Program-made: the position numbers and the translations under genes
Notes under the pieces: model-generated
Database searches by the model: none
What the model saw: only the letters and a program-made list of their open reading frames with translations
What the model was told of the DNA's origin: nothing
Source: Ramazzottius varieornatus
Taxonomy: Eukaryota > Animalia > Tardigrada
Length of the DNA stretch: 64,000 bases
Reading direction: 5' to 3'
Assembly (NCBI GenBank): GCA_001949185.1
Contig: BDGG01000002.1
Span: 6,004,448 to 6,068,447 of the forward strand
Shown: piece after piece, positions 59,221 through 64,000 of the stretch
Numbering within the stretch: position 1 is the stretch's first letter
Layout of the letters: every line of letters begins with the position of its first letter

Positions 59221-59390
59221 AAATGCATCTTACGCTGTAACTCCGACCATCGCAAATCAAAGAAGCCGTGTTGATTGGTTGCACTGATAGTTGTTTCTTG
59301 AACGAAATTTATGAAACATAAAACAAACAGAAGTTGCATCCGTTCCAATGGTTTCATTGTAGTCGATTTGTTCGGACTACTAAGACAGGA

Positions 59391-61182
59391 ATGATGAGTT
59401 CCTTCAATGGATTGATTCTCGAGTATCCGTTGGTGTCTGTGGATAACTTCAGTGGGAAGAGCCTGCAGTCTACGACATACTTCTTGTCGCATGCTCATAC
59501 GGGTAAGACGGTTAGCTGGGCACGAGTTCGATGTTGGAGGACATTTTTGGAGCGTTATTCTCATTCTGTTCTGGTTGTGGTTTCTTCCTGCAGACCATAT
59601 GCAAGGTCTGACATCCAAGGCCTTCGCAAATCGATTGAAGAATGGGTGAGTTTGACTTCCGGCAGTAGGTTCGGAAATCAACTGCGTTTGTGGTTGCTGA
59701 CACGAAACACTCCTCCTCTGTATGACAGGCATAACTGCCGCGTTTTCTCCTCGGAATGCACGAGGAATATTCTTCGAGATGGAGGAGACGTGTTTGGAGT
59801 GGCGGATGTGGTGGTCAAAAGACTGGTAAGACGAAGGCTGCCACTCGTTTATCCTGATATATAAATAATTATAACTTGCTTACCACTGAAGGCTCGAACC
59901 ATTAATTTTGAGAGTACGAACTGATGAGCTACATATTGCAGGAAGTTCTGCCCTGTGATGCAGCAGAGGTTATCGAGGTGGTCAACCATGACGGAGAGGT
60001 AAGAACGGATTGATTCCTCATCGAGTACGATATCAGAACTTCCGGTTCTTCTGGGTAGGTCGAATATTCCTTGACTGTTACAACGCTGCAAGCGGGACAC
60101 TGTCCGGGTTCTGTAATGTTCGTGTTCGACGGTCCGAACGGGAGGGTACTGTACACGGGAGACTTCAGGTTGTATCCTGGCCAGAGTGCAAATCTCGTTG
60201 GGCTTCCTGCCTGTGTCAAGACGGTCTACTTGGACACGACCTTCTGCTTTGCCGGTGCTAACAAGTTTCCGAGGCGAGAAGAAGCTATCAAGAGTCTGTG
60301 CGCAATAGTCAAGCAGTGGACCATGAAGAATCCGGCAGCACCGGTATTCGTCAACACGAAGACCCGGCTGGGGTACGAGGCTGTCTTCGTGGAACTGGAA
60401 CGGACTCTTCGGCAAAAGGTAGATCGTAAATGTTTGGAGAATATTCAAAGATCCATATGCGCGGTTACTTCCTTTTGTTGTAGATACACGTCTCCGAAAG
60501 ACGACACAGCATGTATAAAAGCATGCTCGAGCTTTATGATATACTGACGCTTGACGAAGCGGAATCGAATATTCACGCATGTGACAAGGTACGAAGGAGT
60601 ATATACTGAGGACGTGTTATTCCATCTTTACGTACTCGAATTCACGTTGGCATTTTTCGTAGTGCTCAGTTGTTTTGCAAGCGGAAAGCGCTTTGTGGAT
60701 CAAGCTTTGTGCTTTCTCCTTTACCCTTAAACATACCAACGGACGAACCACGTTAAAGCATCCCAAGTTCTCCCATTCCTACAGAGTTTGCTTCTCCATG
60801 CATTCTTCCTTCAGCGAAATAGCTGAGCTCGTGCAGCACGTCAAGCCCCGAAGGATCGTTCCGATTGCCTTTCCGCCGGGTTCCGACGTTCTCCAGGTGG
60901 GCAGAAGGAGCACTTGTGACTCGTCGACGAAAGGTCTGACAGTCTTGATGCTAGTTCTGTCCCTTCTTACAGATTTTGAACTTGCTTCCGAAAGTTGTCC
61001 CGAAGGAATCAGTGCGAGAACGGACACGTCCAGAACAGCGGCTCTTCGAGAAGAATGTTAATCGGATAGCGGCTTCTGAAGACCCATGTATCGGAGCCGC
61101 AAGTACGAGTACAGATGACTTAGTCTTCGAAGACGAAATTGAATTGCCAAAGCCTAAACGTCTGAAATTCAGGTCGTTCTAG
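59391..61182 (+). CDS. DCLRE1C: Artemis (SNM1C) metallo-beta-lactamase/beta-CASP nuclease
   Basis: MSSFNG..EYP.VSVDNF..YFLSHAHT|DHMQGL; AGHCPGSVMF; LYTGDFR; VYLDTTFC; GYEAVF; FSMHSSFSEI. Confidence 0.92.
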
Positions 61183-61551
61183 GTTGCGCTGCATGACGCT
61201 GTACGTTTTTTGCTCACGACTTCCTTTATTCCTTTTAATCAACAGTATTACGCGTTATTTTACTTGTTACTTCTGTTTATTGCTCACAATTTACTGCACG
61301 AAAACGGTCTAAAACTGAGCGTCGAGTTGTTGACCAAGAATAGTATACTACAAAATTCTCACTTCGTTTTCTGAGGAGATATATGCCGAAAACTGAGTAG
61401 ATAACATTGGGGGGGAAACTGGCGAAAACTTATGGAAACGTAAAATACTGAAAAAAGGGGGGTTATGATGGAAAATGAAACTTCCGGTCAGTGTCTGACC
61501 GCTGCAGAGAAAAGGAACAGCGTCTGAGAGTTGGCCACCTCGTCAGTCATT

Positions 61552-64000
61552 CTAACGAACACGTTTAGAGGGCTGCATTTGGGTCATTTTCAGTTCCGTT
61601 CCAGGGAATCTTTGGTGGTATCGTTCGAGTTTGAGGAACTTGACTGTGACCATGTTGTTGTCGAACTCGTTACCTTGCAGAGCCAGGTAGGCATTTCGGG
61701 CGTCTTCGCTTGTTGCCAGTTTGATATAAGCAATGCCCTGTATTAAAGAAAAAATCAGTTAGCAGACAGGAGAGACTAGAAAGCAAGCGCAGTGTTATCT
61801 CTCCGCGAAACTGTTCGTACCTCATCTGAGGTGGTCTCCACTTGAATGTCCAGAATTCGTGCCACACCGCGGCACTTCTCCAAGATGGCATCCTGAATGT
61901 CATCGACCCAGGAAAGATCCGACTGACTTTCCTTCGAGCCAACGAACATACCTCGCACCTTCAGGCAAGAGGTAGCCGCCTGAACCTCCCCACTATTTGC
62001 CGGTCTGGTGTTTACTAAAGGAAGAAGATACTTGGCCAATCTTGTGGATGTTCATTATTGCTCATAAAAACAGAAAACAATAAAACCAAGCTTACCGCCC
62101 CACGATCGGTTGCGACGAGGTATCACCTTACTGGCCATGTTGTTGCTGGAAGCGACGACCGGAGCGCTCGAGACAGACGAATCCGGTTCGACACGATCAG
62201 GCTGGGCGGCAGCAGCGCCGGAAGTCCAGTTCCACACTTCAAAGTCTTCGCCGTTAATCTGCTGGAACTGACTGCCGATGCGCGATTCGTGTGCTTGAAT
62301 GTAAGCGACCGCTTCGTCCCAGACCGGAAGCAGGCGTTTTCGATCAGGACCATGAGGCACCAGCATCTCGCGAATGTGGGACAGCGGAACAGCCTTTCCG
62401 TTCTGCTCATGTTGATTACGAACGTGACCTGTACAATGTCATAATAAAGAACGAAATTACTCCAACTTCGTTTTTTAGTCAGTTTCGAAAGCAGTCTCGA
62501 TGATAGACGATAATGCTATATCAGATTAGAACTTACCGATAATACTGTTGACCATTTGGTAAACCTGTTCCTGTCGTTTCGATCGACGTTGGAGGAAATA
62601 GTAGAACCAGGCGCCTGCGGCGGATAGAGCGCCAATACCTGAAAGGATGCCAGTTATTCGACAGATTACTTCTATACTCAAATGGAATCCCAGACTCACC
62701 CAATCCTAGCAAAGAGATCCTGAATAATGTAGTCTTCACCGCTTCTTTCAGGTTGCACAAGAAGCTCTTGGTGGCGAATCGCGATTCCAGAAATCGAACA
62801 TCCTTCACAGTGCTGGCGTTCCTCCTCGTTTCAGTCAGAGCACTGTAGAAAAAACCCCAGCGGAAATCGTGGAGCGAGCCCGGTATAATTTACTATGGAA
62901 TAAACACAGTGTCTTGTACTGAAATGTCTTACTCGATGCCCCAGTGAGGATTTGCAATAATGAGATTGACGGCTCTGCCAAAATCCCCGGCATCACTCAG
63001 ATGGACATTCTCCACTGCGTAATCTTGAGCGGCTCGGTAGCTCATCGATGTGGGCCCATGTCCTTCGCAGCTAGCATCGCCTAAACATTAACCACAATTA
63101 GCTATTGTCCAAAAGCCCGACCGTTTCTGTTCAAAGACATATGTGCAGCTTAGCGTACAGGTTACCTTTCATCGAAGCTAGCTTTTTAGCTAGATGAGCC
63201 ACCATGTCCATAGCGATTGTCACATCTTCGAAACTGTTGCACGTTCCATCGCCGACCACTTTACCATCTTCACACTGGAGCAACTTGTCAGCTAAAACAG
63301 AAACCAGAAACATCATAATGCCATAAGATTTTACAGGAATGAAGATCCTTACCCAAAGCAGGTCTTCCTAGTCGGAAGTGCATGATGCTGCTGTCAATGT
63401 CCGAAGAGTCCCATTTCATTCGCGCATAGTAGGCCAGAACACCAACCAGAAACATGAGGAACAGAGCTAACAGAAGGCGTGAAATGTTCCGACCAAACCA
63501 GCTACTCCAGCCTTCTTCTTCCTCTGTCCGGCTAGTACTACCGCTGCTGTTAAAGACCAGTGGTCGAGGGCGAGGCGGCTCATGCCGAGTGTAGTGTCGA
63601 TCTGTCTCTTCGCGGCTTGATGGCTGAGGAGTCAAGTGGATTGGATCAGCCAAAAGACGGCTGAAGAAACCTGAAAGTAAGCAAGAAGTTGAGACAAGAA
63701 CTGCTGAATGAAGTCGAAAACTGAGGAAGTATCTCGTACCTGGTCGTTTCTTCGCGGCAGGGAGATCAGTCTCGTCACTCTGACGAACCAAAGATGCCAG
63801 ACTTGGACGTCCAAGAGTCGATCGTCGGCCATCGTCGCGAATGGGTGTCATAGCGCCGAAGGAGTCGTGAAGAGAGCTGTGGGGTCGCTTCTCAGTTGGA
63901 GTACTGGTCTTAGGCTGTTGGCGGGCGAAGAAACGACTGAACCCATTGCCGCTCGAGGGTGAATCGGTCGAAGCCACGATTCTTGGCCTCTGGTTACGAG
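61552..64000 (-). CDS. LEMD3: Inner nuclear membrane protein MAN1-like (5' part outside the window)
   Basis: TM segments, MSC domain (WDEAVAYIQAHESRI..INGEDFEVWNW), C-terminal RRM/UHM (CLKVRGMF..IQDAILEKC..VTVKFLKLERYHQRFP). Stop at 61552. Confidence 0.9.

Noticed and set aside
59391-61182. Functional link between Artemis (hairpin opener) and the hAT element
   Set aside because: They are 11 kb apart, Artemis lies outside the TIRs, and it is an ordinary host gene; proximity alone is not evidence.

Overview
Compact, intron-rich eukaryotic DNA from an invertebrate animal (Runx and FoxK present; many ~50-70 nt GT-AG introns). It is not prokaryotic, and no CRISPR, rRNA or tRNA was seen. Host genes in order: PKA RII(-), FoxK(+), Runx(+), UBE2Q(-), NDUFB10(+), an intron-containing integrase-Zn-finger gene(+), ARFGEF3/BIG3(+), CENP-I-like(+), an unknown gene(-), MSH2(-), TBC1D19(-), a divergent TFIIB(-), ATP5S/DMAC2L(+), type II NADH dehydrogenase(+), Artemis(+) and MAN1/LEMD3(-, runs off the window). 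The main discovery is a 10.8-kb hAT-type element (37328-48115, perfect 8-bp TSD GTTCGACG) at the 5' end of MSH2. Each of its two long inverted arms is interrupted at the mirror-equivalent position by a different RLE-class non-LTR retrotransposon (R2/NeSL-like on the left, CRE-like on the right). Both point inward, both end against the same CATRTGTGCTCAG motif, and both start with a similar C2HC zinc finger. This is a candidate system of retrotransposons that target and ride a DNA transposon. All family assignments come from recognising motifs by eye, not from database searches, and exon boundaries are approximate unless stated.
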